A DNA stretch of 61,858 nt, counting the filler, from Sphacelaria rigidula (lineage: Eukaryota): NCBI GenBank assembly GCA_964200075.2. It is 7 parts of 7 records of this genome, joined end to end, with 100 filler letters (N's around TTAATTAATTAA, not from the genome) between each part and the next. Parts side by side here need not be neighbours in the genome. Positions count along the whole stretch, not along the records: positions 44,259 to 53,008 come from CAXNAA020010194.1; positions 53,109 to 61,858 come from CAXNAA020010195.1; 5 more parts are not named here. One strand, 5' to 3'. Under the pieces are notes generated by a model. That model searched no databases. It was not told where the DNA came from and was given only the letters and a program-made list of their open reading frames with translations. Positions 48,601-61,795 of the stretch are shown one piece after another (the stretch's first letter is position 1; each line of letters begins with the position of its first letter). The translations under genes and the position numbers were made by a program.

Positions 48601-51184
48601 GAACTCACCAGTTTTGTTCCTGGACCTTCCAGCCTGTGTCCTGTCAACGCCATTTTGACGTTGCGATGCTCGACAACACAGAAACTAGTTCAAAACACCA
48701 GCTACGCGGGATGGATCCCGGTGGTCGCCGCCGTGTTGCAGCTTATGCATAGCGTCAAGTCCAGTCCCCGCACTTTTCAACCCATAAGCACGTGACATTG
48801 CTTGAACCACCCGAGTTTATTTTTCTTGTAATTTATGCGCCTGTGACCGCTCTATTTATCCGTCCACCAGCTTAGGTCGACGTGTTGATCCAAATCAGCC
48901 CCTATTTTTGTCGGATACAGGCCATCAGCAGCTCCCCTCAACTGAGGCGCGCGGCGGGGGTTGCAACTAGCGCCGTGACGTCCGCTGCTGGCACGGCGCG
49001 AGTAAACTTCACTCGCACGTCTAGGACAATAACCAAGGTATTTACGCTCAATATGTTGTGTGGTAAGCATTTATTTACCATGGGGGAATTCAGCGCAGCT
49101 TGAGACGAGCGAGGTTTGCTTTTTCTCATGTTTAAGCTATATCCGCCGGTCAGAAAAATGAGTTATGGTGAACCAGCCGCAGTATAGTCGATGCTCCAGA
49201 CTGACGGGCACTTCAGGATTCGTACGCGGACATGTGACCCTGCGTGATCGTTTTTAGTCTAAAAGCAGCACCTAACATGTCCATTCGCATTGAATGCAGA
49301 TGGTGTTGCCACAACCCGTCCCAACATCTGCCCTGGTGCATTGTTGCCCACCCTCGGAGAGAAACTCCGCCGCTGTTAAAGTTGCAACCGAAATGTCATG
49401 CATACACAAAAAGCTCAGAAACCAACGACGAGAACGACAACAATATCAACCGTGTTTCCAACGCAAGCAATGGAGCTCCGTCTGCTGTATGCAGGTGCTT
49501 ATGGCCAGTGCGAAATCCTTTGAAGAATTCGTTGGAGAGCAGCTGAGGCAGGACGGCTCTGGCCAGGTACTACGGAGGGAGGGCGCTACCGGCCTGCTGG
49601 TACCACGCGGGAAGGCGCTCACCCAGGCCTTCGTAGTTGGTGCCGGTTGCTATCTTTGTTGGGAGTTCAGGGTCAAGGTATGGCATACTATACTGTACAC
49701 ACGTAAGTACCTGATGAAAAATATGTTCGTGCTCTCTTTTTTTGTATCCGGGAGTAGCCGGGGGTTCAGCGTCAAGACATTGCTCACGCACACACGCACC
49801 TTTGGACAGCGCACGTCGGTTTCGTTTTACCTGTCGGCAAGGTGGCACACACGTGCGCAGTTGTTCTAGGAATATGCATGTATATTGTTTTGTTTTTCAC
49901 TGCACTGCACTTCACCACACAAGTATACCAGGTATCTAGTTTGGTCATGTACGTGTACTGCTATGTGTTGTCGGGGTAAACGAGCTCTCTGGCGACAGCC
50001 ACGCTGTCAACATGTGAATTGAGACATGTCGTTCGAATACACCATAAGCTTCAATGTGTACATGTGTATATGTACCTTTCAGGACCGTGGCACTGTTTTG
50101 GGACAATCAGTGACCGAGCCGTCTTTAGAACTCTTACGGTATGCTGCTATTTTCCCGTCCTTTCACGTGCTCGTTTGTACTATTGTGCATGATATCACTA
50201 TGCACTCACGAAGGACTGGTTATCGCGGGGGCTGTCAGTGCTCTAGTCGAACAGTCTAGATTCGTATATGTATTGTAGAGCACACACAGGTTATTACTGC
50301 CAGAGAGGGCAGGTCTTCCCACGCTCGCAGGGAATTAACTATTGTGGATGTTGTCTTGGGGACGAGAATTACCGAACCCCAAGCACCCCAGGAACGTTCT
50401 CTACACATGATCATGTGTTTTTTCTGGACAGGAAAATACCGCAATATTCAAGCAGCCGATGCACTCGATGAAGGATCACGAAGAGCTCGGCGTAGTGACG
50501 CCAAACCATGTATACGCAGTAATCCGGGAGGGTCTACTAATTGCTGACGACCTCCACCGTCGCCCCGCCCCGCACACGACTGCTGCTCGTCTCTTTGTCT
50601 GCTCTCATATTTACATCGGGGAACTGCGGTACCAAATGTGACTTCGTCGATAGGATTATGACCTAGGGTTTGCTCTGCGATTGCGTACCCAAGGAATCGG
50701 TGGCTCGAAGGAAGAAGACATATTTGAGATGAAGAGGTAAGCCCACAAGGAAGCAACGTGCAGAGGCAATGCAGTCGTCAACGTCCATCAATAGTGTAAA
50801 ATATATATATTGCCCGTGTGATCGGCCAGGTAAGATATCTTGACGTGAGATTCCAGATCTGATACGAGTCAGGGTCATGTAATTAAATATGATGCTTTTT
50901 GCGGGTGTATCTTGGTGATAGTTGTTACTTGTAACAGTGGGGAAGTCTGTTCGAGCATTTCTAACGACGGGTTCGCGCATACGCCTACGATCAAGCGACT
51001 CAACACTGGAATACCTCGCCAGAAACTGATAATATTCTCACGATATTTGCAACGTCTGTGCAGGTACCCGTCGGGAGAGACCTTCCAAGGAAGCTGGACA
51101 GCAGAGACGGAGTCCACAGCGGTGGTGATAATGGTTTTTGACAACTCCTATAGCTGCCTCCGACCCAAGACCCTGGCCTATAAG
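45605..51184 (+). CDS. Protein with a long disordered N-terminus and a GOLD domain, probably 3'-partial (6 exons)
   Basis: Exons 45605-46582, 47442-48452, 48921-49037, 49495-49677, 50654-50736 and 51064-51184, phases consistent. GOLD signature LLVPRGKALTQAFVVGAGCYLCWEFRVK-DYDLGFALRLR..-RYPSGETFQGSW..VIMVFDNSYSCLRPKTLAYK. It either reads on to TAG at 51214 or splices at AG|GTCGGT. Confidence 0.85.
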
Positions 51185-51260
51185 GTCGGTTTCAAGATTT
51201 CACCAGTAGTATAGCTAATCAAACGGCCGTCAGAATAGGAGTTGTTTAGGTAGCTGGCAA

Positions 51261-51605
51261 GTGTTGTCATCTCATCTGTCCCGGATGGCGTTCTATACCT
51301 TTCGGTATATGAGGGCGCACCAGCCGGGGTCACACAGGAGGAACGCCAACACAGGGGTTTTTCCTTTTTTGCTTGTTGTAGTTCTCCACCTTCCTTCTGC
51401 GGTGCTTACTTTTTGTTTTCGCGGGAGGGACTCAGCAGTGCCTCCTCGTCGATCATTACGTCGAATTTTATGTACCCACGACATAGTCGCTCTCCACTAT
51501 TGGGCAATATGTGAGAAAAAATGCCAGATCGCTCCGATGTTTGAACCCACGACCCAACCGGTAAAAGGTTTCGAGGGTACCAACTAAGCCACCGGGGCGA
51601 CCGGC
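51261..51605 (-). mobile_element. tRNA-derived SINE, full length (~345 bp)
   Basis: Minus-strand 5' end GCCGGTCGCCCCGG-TGGCTTAGTTGG (pol III A box, 51591-51580)..GGGTTCAAAC (B box, ~51548-51539), then a non-tRNA body. Its 3' end is shared with 3412-3490. Confidence 0.8.
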
Positions 51606-51771
51606 TTCTAAAGATTGTCATCCGATTACAGGCGTGTTCACGTTCATCACCCCAAATTCACTCATTACAAAAATACATTTCGCAATATCCATCCAATAGT
51701 TACATACCTGATGTCATGCTGATCGCCATGGGCAATTCAAGAGGGAGATATGGGCGGATGCTAGTTTAACG

Positions 51772-52617
51772 CCATAGAGGCACTGAGGGCGAAAATGTAC
51801 CTCGATCAATCAGCACCCTTCCAATTCTTCTTAATTTTTGAAATTCAAAATACGGATTCCCAACCCAATTCGACCAGGGTTTTTTGGCCAATCGGAAATC
51901 TTCTTTCAAAATGCTTCAAGTCGTAATATCTATCATCAGCTCGGGGCCCTAACGGGAAAAAAAAAAAATGAAAACGGTTACTATGGGATCGAATTATACC
52001 CCACATCATGGCATTTCGGTGATGTGAGGTTTGGCGTCGTTGGATCTCCACTGATCACATTAACCATGAATCCAGGAAAAAAGGCTTCTAGCGATCCCCC
52101 TGTATATGTCGTGAAAAAGCTCAGACCGCCCCCAAACTTTGTAATTCGACAGGTATTGGCGCTCCGATTTTTTTTTTTTTTGAAAACCATTCCGAAACTT
52201 CTCCTCTCTTTATCGGCTTTCGAGGGTCCCGGATCGAAGACACCCGAAAGCCGGTACAGGATACCTTAAAGCAAACAGTAATGAATGTGCGCGTCCTGCG
52301 GTAGCACAAGGAAAAGTTGTAGAAAGTTTCGTTGCGTCGCTGGAAAAGCCGATGCAATGGAGTCTTTTTCACGCTAAGGGAACCCGAAAAACTGCTTCCG
52401 ATACTAGAATCAAGTAGATAGGAGTTTGTACCATTCAAGCTCACTTCATCGCACAAAAACGGAAAGCCTTACTTCGTTTCTTCGAGTTAGATTCTGAAAA
52501 TTTGTACACGCATACTATGGTTCATTACAATTTTTTGAAAATTGCGGCCTTTCGATTTTTTATTTCACGGGTTATCGGGGGTCCCAGAAGGGCACATGTT
52601 TCCCCAGCACTTTAGGA
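51772..52617. mobile_element. Degraded non-autonomous element, homologous in part to 13770-14030 (-)
   Basis: TATGGGATCGAATTATACCCCACA..TTTCGGTGATGTG (51982-52026) matches the reverse complement of 13848-13893; weak terminal inverted similarity. Confidence 0.5.
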
Positions 52618-53575
52618 CTTCCAATGACTGGCAAAAAAAAAATCAGACGACCCCGATCTCAGAAGTTCTCGGAAATGGTCCATAGTATACGTCTGCAAAG
52701 TATCAGAGTCCAACTCCAAAAATCGGCGTGGTTTACGTTTTCTCGTGGATGAGTGAAGTCTGGGAGATGACGTGTACAAGCCTGTATACCGTTTTGATAA
52801 GGGTGGATTCAAGTTTTTCTCCAGGTAGGCAAATGTATACAGGCTGGGCCGCCGAGCATTCGAACAGGAATGTTGACACGCGAGTCTTGAGCTCAACTTT
52901 CAGTTGTTTTTTATGCAATTCTGACACGATGTACAAGACGTACATGCAAAGAACCATCATCCCCCACCCCACTACACGTTATCTTTGAATTGTAATATAT
53001 TTAAATACNNNNNNNNNNNNNNNNNNNNNNNNNNNNNNNNNNNNNNNNNNNNTTAATTAATTAANNNNNNNNNNNNNNNNNNNNNNNNNNNNNNNNNNNN
53101 NNNNNNNNCACCGTTCCTACTCCTAACAGAGACACCTCCAACATTCCGGTGCTCATTACGCTTCTTCCATACATTACACAAAATATCTTTCATTACACAG
53201 GATACTGTCCGGGGTAATTCTCTGACTTCTCTCTATTCATCATTCAGGTGCTCATTTGCAGTACGTTTTCCATGACCAGCGTTACACGCTTCTTTGGCAC
53301 ACGTCCTTGTTTCTGAACCGGTTCAAACGATGGTCATAGTCAAGCTTCACCTTGGCCGACCGGTTCAAGGATGGCCATGTGGAGACTTCTGCCTCGCACA
53401 CAGATGGTCATGCTCAAGTTGTTCACTATTGCCGTCCGGGTCAAAGACGGCCACGCGGAGACTTTTCCCCCGATTCCGAGATGATCATACGAGATTTTGT
53501 ACCTGCACGTGCAAAGTAATAAGCCTCGCGTATCTTCTTTTGGGACAGGTGAGAGTGCGCGCGATTTGTTTTCAC

Positions 53576-56500
53576 CTCCGTGGTGTCAATCGCTCCCACA
53601 CCGTCCTTGTCTAGCTCGTCGAATTTTGTTCTCGCAACGTGTTCCTCTGCCCTCAGCAAGTGCGCCTTGTCACGATCCTCCGCGTAGGTTGCCGCCTGAA
53701 AAAGGCCCGAGACGCGCGGGGAGTAGCGACGACATACTCGCCTTGTTACTCTGACAGGATCCGACGATCCTCATACCCATGCGTCGAAAAACGGGCGAAG
53801 CAGTGGCATCAGTACATCAAATGCAAGCCGGTTTCCCGAGGGGGTTGGCAAGAGTCGGGATTTCTTGGAGTGCTTGCCAGGTTGTGACCCTTACATATCA
53901 TAGTGCCGTGTGCTGGGGGAGAGACGGGGTTGATCCCTTGAGACCACGAATTTGTCCCGCGGAGGGAGGGGATGGGGTTAGACGTGTGAAGGAGAAAAAA
54001 TATGAGAAAATGATACATGCACAAACTTGCCGGGACTTGAGCGGATGGAGTACTGCCAAATATGCAAAACTACGATACTGTAGTATTTCCCCCCGGATTT
54101 TTCATCATTTCCGACACGAAGACCCTCGCGGCCTACCGTCGGACAGCTATAGGGATTTTTGAGATAGCGCCGGTTCTCGAGGGGTTAATTATTCAAGGGT
54201 AGGATATTGATCGATCAACACTTTTGCTCATTCTGAGGTTTGCTAACCTATTGGCTGTCTGATGTGAAATGTTATGGTTTATGCTGCTGACATTCGCCTT
54301 ATTATGTGTGTAATTGTAAATGGTCTCGACTTTCTTCCTTGTGTAAGCCCTGGTTAGATCTGTTCGACGCTCGTCCATCATTTCAAAAGACTCAGTCATA
54401 ACAAAGATAGGAAATGAAAGCTAAATATACCACTCGATCTACCGTCTGAAACTACCCTAACGTAGTTGCCATGTTAATGAGCACGCAGTGCCTCGTCGGT
54501 TTTACAACAGTTGGGGGAAACGATGCTTGGCACTCTCGTCCGATTGATGTGGACCTCCCACTCCTGCCCGATACGTCGGAAATACTTTTGTAATAGCGTT
54601 CGTACTGGGGGAGAAAAAAGGTTTTGGCCGCTCAAGAGCGTCCCGCCGCAGGTTTTATTTGATTCTAGCAAATATCTGACACTACTGCGTTGTCTGATAC
54701 CTGGTAGTATACCCGGTGTTAGCAAATTAACTGGAGTTAGCTTTTCACGTGATAGTAAGCAATGTTTTGACGCCGTTTCGGCATTTCGTTCGAGGTTGGC
54801 ATTCCGTCCGATGAGACACGTCGACTCAAACCAACGCCTGTGATAGCTGTACCGAAGGCCATGGTGGCGCAACTCTCCCTGAAGCATGGGAGGAGAAAAC
54901 AGAAAACGCTTCCATTTCTCTTGCACTTCTCTGACCCTGCAATATCCTTACTATTTATCACAGTGTAGAAGCCTCAACTGCTTCGGGAAGAGCGTCTCCA
55001 CTACATCGGGCAACAAGCCGCAACATAACTCGGAAGTGTGCGAAACGGTATCTTCCGGAGGCACCTTTGAGTGGTGACGGATTTATGGGGAATGATATCC
55101 CTGAAAGGCGCATTTCAGGAGGGGGGGCGCTTCTCTCGGAGGTCTTCGAAGGATACTGTTTCCCCCGATCCCACACGTCGGAAAGCTCATCGGCTAACTC
55201 AGTTATATTGTACTTCGTATAACCCATCCAGTGGGACAATATACCTCTGAGTTGTACCGTGTAACTCATCCGATGGAAATGATAGGTACCACTCAGTTAT
55301 GAGAGGATGATCTAAGTCGAGTTAAGGTGGAAATGAGTTATCCGACGTGCGTGTTGTTTCAAACGCCACCGCAAAACGTTCGTTGACATGAAAAAAAAAT
55401 CACATTTTTTAGAGTCCTCCCGTAATTTTCTGGGCGATATGATCGGTCGAGAAAACGCGTTCAAACCACGAAGAGGGGGATGGGGGTCAAGATGGGGGGG
55501 GACAAATACGGATCTTCTTGCGGAGGAGGGTGTTGTCGAGGAGAAGTGGGGATCAACTCTTTCTAACGCGGTGACCCCCTATTCCAGTAGGGTCTATGTC
55601 AACCACGGAATACCTCTCGTCGAGAGTTTTTTTAGCCAACACAGCTTTTGGTCGCGAGTCAGCAGTATCTCTCGAGGAAAAGCGACACAAGGCAAAGGCA
55701 CAAACGTGAAATTCCCGACGGAGGGCGGTGAGGGGGACTCATGATCTTGTATGCCGTAGACATATGACTATTGACCTCGCATCCCTACCAAGCCTGAAGG
55801 GGGCATGCCGAGTTCTCGCCGGGCTAGGCTCGCAATCAATCACCAAGCGCGAAGTGCCGTGATGTAATCGGCGATTCGCATGGAGGTTGAGCTTCATCCT
55901 GCTGAGATTGTTCGGCCCGAAGTCTACTGGTTGTCTTCCGTATGGATGACAGCCTCGTATGGGTCGCTTCATTTTCTGGTATCGTCACTTCCAGAAAAAG
56001 CCATGGCCCACGCTGCCTTATGGATATCTCCCCATTGAAATGCTGCGTAGGACGATCATCCCCGCTGTGCGGAGTTGAGAATCTCCCACCCCCCACAATG
56101 TGATCTTACTCGACCACCACTATAGTTACCGCGCAATAAACGTGAGCGAGAAAAAATGTGGTAGCCTGGTAGCCTAGCTTAGGCAGCAAGTGGCACGTTT
56201 TACAGCACTGTTGCTAACCGACGCCAACCCTCGAAGAAGAGGGGGACGGGGGGGGGGGTATCCTTCACTACCTTGGTACGCCTTTGCCGGCGCGACCGTC
56301 AGCGCGTTGAAAGTCATGAAGCGGCTAAAAGGGATGGGAATATCGTGGAGCTACTACATCACTCCAGAGCACGCTGGTAAATAGAAGTACTGATAAATCC
56401 GATTGGTTGGTTGATCGATTATTTCCCACCAAGTGATCCGTTTGAGTGATCCTCCCGTAGGGCGCGTGTGTTTGTGTGATGTTGGGCGCTTCCTGCACGA

Positions 56501-59500
56501 AGACGGCGGTTTCAAATCTCGCGACAAGCAACATTTTGTTTTGTACGGCTGTTCTCGAGATGATTGTAACACACGCGTTCACACCTCGCGGGAACAGTTT
56601 CCCCCACGCACAACAGAAGCGCAAGACACGTGCATGTGTTCGTATGTCACACCTATGAACCCCCTTGTTTGTGCAGTCATCCCCCGTCCCCCCATTGTGA
56701 AATCATTCTCCACGTATCCGGTCGTTGTCACAAGATAAAAGTTCCTCAAATCAAAACATGTTTCGTCAGAGGCGGCCCCTTCCGGTTATAAACCTGAAAC
56801 GCACCGCCTTTGCCTGCTGCGGAGCTACGCACCTTATCCAAAGATGCTTGGGCGCTAGACTTGATTTTCTTCCCACATAGTGTTGCGACCAAAGCCTGTG
56901 CTCCGAACAGAAAGCCCACCCAGTAGCTCCCCACCAAGAAGAGGGCAAAGGAATAGAGTAACGGGTTCAAGCTTCGACACACGCCCCCTAACGTGCCTTT
57001 TGCAATAGCCCATGTGCCGTATGCCCAACTGACAGAGAGGGAGGAGGGTAAGGAGCAAGCGAGGAGGGAGGTGAGGTTGGTGTATGCTCTAGCGTACTGT
57101 GAAGACACGACGAATGAAAAATATATGCTCAAAATGCATGCTTCCGAGCATGTATTGAGAACATATGTGTATATGTACGTACGTATGTGTGTATGCATAT
57201 ATGTTGCTGCTGTTTTTTTTTTTTCAATCACCGTCATCGTCGTCGTCGCGTTGGCCAGTTTTCGCCATTTTGTTGCGACTGTCCAAAGATTGCATGGATG
57301 GACGGCGTGCACAGTGAACTATGCTATCCCACGTGGCAGGAAAAGAGCGTGTACTCATGATCTTGCATGCCGTAGTCACATGGCCATTGACCTCGCATCC
57401 CTACATAGCTGGGACGGAGCACGCCGGGTTTCCGCCGGACCAGGCTCACGATCAATCACAGAGTCGCATGAAGGATGAGCTGCATCCTGCTGAGATTGGT
57501 CCGCCCGAAGCGTACAGAATATCTTGCATATGAAAGGCAGCCTCCAATGAGTTGCTTTTTTTTCTGGTATCGCCACTTCCACAGGCAGCCACAGCTTACA
57601 CACTGCCTCATGGGTGTCTCATCATTTACATACAACGCAGTATGACCATCTTCTCGGCGCAGAATTGAGGTTCTCTAACCCCACACAATATGATCTAGCT
57701 CGACCACGATCATGGTTACCGCGAAAAAAGAAAACGAAAGCGCGCAAAACAAACGGTAACCTGGCTGCCTAGCTTACGCAGTGGGTGGCGTTTTTTATAG
57801 AGTCATTGCCAACCGACGCCAACCCCGTAGGGGTTCCGTCCCTACAAAGCTGGGACGGAGCACGCTCGGTTCTCGCCGGACCAGGCTAAGAAAAGGGGGA
57901 GGGGCAAACAACACGGCATTACACCATTTTAAGTTGAATTCCTCCTGCCGTGGAGTGTGACAGGGGTGGTGGTGGATGCAGGACAGTATGTGCCGAATTG
58001 CGATGACGCCGTCTGGCAAAGTATAGCGGCAAGAATTTGGAGAAGCATGTAGTGGGGGTGGACGGCCGTCAATACCCGCATGGTGGTGTTCTACCTGGTA
58101 CACGGATAATAGATGGTTAGGGCGGAAAGTTAAGGGTCCGAACGCTGACAGATACATCGTGTTTTGGCAGAACTCCTGAGAGCATGGACAGCGAACATGA
58201 AGTCAGCGAGCGTCGACGCGGCGTGGGAATGCTGATCCACCTCGCAATCTATAATACACCAAAACGTCAGGTATGAACTGGGGGAGAGATAGGTTGATCC
58301 CCTGAAACTTCGGACTCGCCCCGGGGGAATCGAAGGTGGGATGAAGGGAGAACTAGACACTAGTTTTGTTTTAGGGGGGGGGGATGGGAGCCAGACGCAC
58401 GGACCGTATTCAGAGTATCTGCACGCGTCTACTGTGAGTACCAGAGTCTCAAAAAGGCATGCGACGGACGCTGCGGCAGCGCAGATATTGTGGAAAACCT
58501 GCGCGCAGCGCAGAGTCCCGACGGGCTTATCTGCGGGTTGCCGCAGAAATAAGTTTTGGGCCGCAGTGATTTCGACGAAGGCGAAAAATTTCTGCGGTCT
58601 TTTCCGCCGGAGGCGAATTGTTTTTGAGGCCTTTTTGGGGGGGGCTTCTTTTTCCGCCGTGAAAAATACAAACATTTTGACTAATTTTGAGGGTACTTTG
58701 AAGGGGAAAAGCTCATTTTTTTCCGCTTCGCGCGGCCCCTCCGGGGGTGGGCCGGCGTCCTCCGCCCCCCCCCCGCAGGGAGCCACATATGGCCTTAGGC
58801 TCTGGTCTGCGCTACCGCAGACCGAGCCTCCGGACTTTTTGAGACCCTGGTGAGTACCACTTTTCCATGCTGGCATACGTAAGTCAAGTGCACACAAGCA
58901 ACAATCTTCCCCCTTTCGGGATAAGTAATCCCATCAGGCTACTGATTTTGTGGGCTGCTACCAGAGCACGAAGTGGCCCACGAGCTGCATAGCCGTTCCA
59001 AGGACTTAAGCAAATATAGTATACATTGCGATACATACTGTTTTCAGTGATACGTTCGAGTCGGTGGCGCTCTGCACACGAAGAACAAGATCCGATTGAA
59101 ACAATGTTCGAACACGATATGATAACGCAACAAGAGGTGTAGGAATAGCGCTCCGATAGCGGTAGCTCGTGTCCGTTTAGCGCTACTTCATTTCCGTTTC
59201 TCGTCCTCTTTTGGATCGGTCGCGCCTCGTAGGCCTACAGATCGCTGCATGCACATCGCCGAAAGTAACGCTTGTGCCTTCTGCACGCTATTACCCGCAC
59301 AAGCGATTCTCGATCAGAAACCTCGGTATGGAGCCGGAATATCCATCACGCTACAACAGATGATGCCGCGATAACCCTCCGCAAGACCAGACCCGAAGCT
59401 GTCGCGAAGAAATGTCCATATCACGCAAGATCGCTGGTTTCAGAATGTACCATGGTTAGGACGAATCATCACAACTACGAATCATCAAATCCACGATTTC

Positions 59501-61186
59501 TTCGGCCTGATTGCCCAAAAGGGAGGGAAAAGTTGCCCGCTAATCCAAGGGGTAACCACGCAACTTTCGCGCCATTCCACGTGTCTGGGCTGCGTGTACC
59601 CGGGTTGTAACGCTGAAAACAAAACCTAGGGATTGATTCGTACGATTCGAATCAACAATACTCAAACCAAGTAATTTCCAGACGACTCATTATTTGTCCG
59701 ACCCTTGGAATGTATGAAGCGCCTCACACGGGTGACATTGGCGAAAGAGACCCCTAGTGTGGGAGTTCCCAGCTACTCGGCGTGCTCCGCTTCTTTCGTT
59801 TCGACCTACATGGAGATTCTGTCACCTCAAACTAGCCACTTTTCTGGAGGGTCAATCGCCGCATCAGCCTTGCCCTTTGAATGTGAGGTGCGACAACACC
59901 CATCACATGCCGATCTCCGACCGTTGTCTGACCCTCACCTGGCACCGTGCTGTTCCAACGTTAAGGCAGTCCCCCCCACCCCGATTCGGTTCGCGCTTTT
60001 ACTCCTCTGGTAGATGGGTGAAACCCAACCCAAGTCACGTCTGAGTGTCAGTTAAGGACGGTCGACTTTTGCGCGCACCATACCACCGCGGCCGGGTGGT
60101 CTATGGAACATTGGGCACCATCGCATCGGAGCAATGTGGGTTCGGTTCTTGTCGGATACATTCAGTTTTCGATTTGACACTTTCTACGATAGCCCCCCCA
60201 AAAACCAGCCCAAAAGTGTCAAAAAAGAAATGGTCATACAGCGCCTGATGCTGGGGTTCAGGCCGCATGAAGCGCCTCATATTGGCGACATTGGCTGAAA
60301 CGAACCCAAGCGTGAGAATTCTCAGCTGCTCGTTATGCCCGGCTTTTCCCATTTCGGTTCACGTGAAGGTTTGCCTTCTAAAACCATGCACTTTTAGGCG
60401 GGGGGGCTATCGTAGAAAGTGTCATTTATCGACAAAATATCTGGTATCCAACGCTAGAAGCGCGAGGACATGACTTGCAAAAAATAGTTTGATGAGAGTT
60501 GACGCGGTGCGGGAGTGTTGATTCAATCCATGTTGCACACTGCAGGCCGAAATGATGCTGTTGATGCAGTTCTCTTCCGTTTCTTAGCCCTTCCGGGTTG
60601 ATTGGTCACGGGTGCTGAAGGCCTCCAGCGATTTTTCCTTGATCTTTGTCCGTTTTTTTTGCCGGGGAATTCTATTTTTCTGAACCGATCTGATGATTAT
60701 GTTGACCGAATACGAAACACATACATATACACAGTGTATGCACTACGTAGACGCAGTAGGAACAAGTGATATCTTGACTGAGAGTTTTGTTTTCAGTCGG
60801 TTCAGTACAGACGTACAGACAGTCCAAGAGTCCTTATCTTCCACCTGAAGCGATTATTTGTGGAACTAAACGTTTTTGCGGTTTCCAAGCGCTTGGGACG
60901 CGGGGTGCCGCCCCCTGAAATCCGAATGGCCGCCTGCGGCACCGGATCTTCTGAGGTTAGCTATGTGTAATATCTTTCTTCTTTCTCATGTATCCCTGTT
61001 TCGCTTATATCGCGTTTTGTGAGTTTTAATCCAGGTCTACATGTTTTTTTGGCTTTGTTTGATTTCCTCATACCTTATTTTAGGTAGTAGCTAGCCTGTG
61101 ACCACGGAAGACGTCCACGTCAGATGCCCAGTACGAATGTACCGCGCAGATATCGGAACGGGTATTAATGTGAAGACAACAACAGC

Positions 61187-61230
<44 letters not shown>

Positions 61231-61720
61231 GCGCCAATTCTGAGTCTGCCATTGTCAGAAAGTTAACATATAATAATGACATATGTACATACCACGTTAA
61301 AGTGGGCCCCCCATCCTATTCAGAGTGGTCCTCTTCCATAACTACAACAGTATCAGGTCCGGTGTATCCCGACGACCAAGTCTTTGTGCTCATTGTTCTC
61401 CCTTCAACAAACTGCGTTTCCCACGTGACTGGTGCATCGGTTCTGTACACCTCATGCCAGTAACCACAAAACGTGCAAAGTACTTACATGGCAAAGCTCA
61501 GAAGAAACAGCAAGAAATAGATGAACGCCAGAAAACTGAGGCTTGAGAACGGTCTCAGAAATCGCCGCTTTCGACCGCTGATGGAAAATGTCGTTTCGAA
61601 TCCCAAGAAGGACCAGGCGAAAACTACCAGCAGGAGGTAGCTATTCACCACTGCAGCGGAGACGAATCCGTCGATTGGATACCCGCACGATATGTCCGCA
61701 TCGCGATCGATTACGTCCGC
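53576..61720 (-). CDS. Multi-pass membrane protein with an EF-hand, partial at both ends (3 exons)
   Basis: Exons 61720-61488, 57028-56833 and 53695-53576, GT-AG, phases 2 and 0 consistent. Product ..SCGYPIDGFVSAAVVNSYLLLVVFAWSFLG..LSFLAFIYFLLFLLSFAI-WAYGTWAIAKG..CRSLNPLLYSFALFLVGSYWVGFLFG..DK-AATY..KFDELDKDGVGAIDTTE (EF-hand loop). Confidence 0.82.
55175..55348. mobile_element. Small MITE-like element
   Basis: CACGTCGGAAAGCTCAT ... ATGAGTTATCCGACGTG terminal inverted repeats with internal AACTCA/TGAGTT motifs. Confidence 0.5.
55731..56258 (+). repeat. Interspersed repeat family A, full-length (~520 bp, G-run bounded)
   Basis: Collinear over its whole length with 57347-57830; ends ..CCTAGCTTA(G/C)GCAG..AACCGACGCCAACCC followed by a G-run. 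Confidence 0.85.
57347..57888 (+). repeat. Interspersed repeat family A, full-length copy plus a partial tandem restart
   Basis: Matches 55731-56258; 57836-57888 repeats TCCCTACAAAGCTGGGACGGAGCACGC..CCGGACCAGGCT. Confidence 0.85.
59451..59707 (+). mobile_element. hAT/P-like MITE family D, complete 257-bp copy
   Basis: TIRs CATGGTTAGGACGAATCATCA / TCATTATTTGTCCGACCCTTG; 8-bp TSD GAATGTAC (59443-59450) / GAATGTAT (59708-59715). Confidence 0.88.
60150..60452. mobile_element. MITE with a perfect 23-bp subterminal inverted repeat; an older copy at ~59340-59800 is split by the family D insertion
   Basis: GACACTTTCTACGATAGCCCCCC (60176-) pairs with GGGGGGCTATCGTAGAAAGTGTC (-60423). The internal ATGAAGCGCCTCA..GACATTGGC is shared by 59714 and 60267. 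Confidence 0.65.
61097..61230 (+). mobile_element. 5'-truncated retroposon end with (CAA)n tail
   Basis: Same ~75-bp 3' sequence as 5681-5758, followed by ~17 CAA units. Confidence 0.78.
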
Positions 61721-61747
61721 CTGTCGTGTGATCATTGTTGTTTTGTT

Positions 61748-61795
<48 letters not shown>

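Noticed and set aside
51540..51605. tRNA gene
   Set aside because: A and B boxes are present but there is no proper cloverleaf or acceptor stem. It continues into a body shared with another copy, so it is a SINE head.
58130..58897. 255-aa and 170-aa overlapping ORFs
   Set aside because: They lie in an intron within GC-rich TE-like sequence (GCGAAAAATTT, GCTTCGCGCGG motifs, homopolymer runs) with no protein-like signal.
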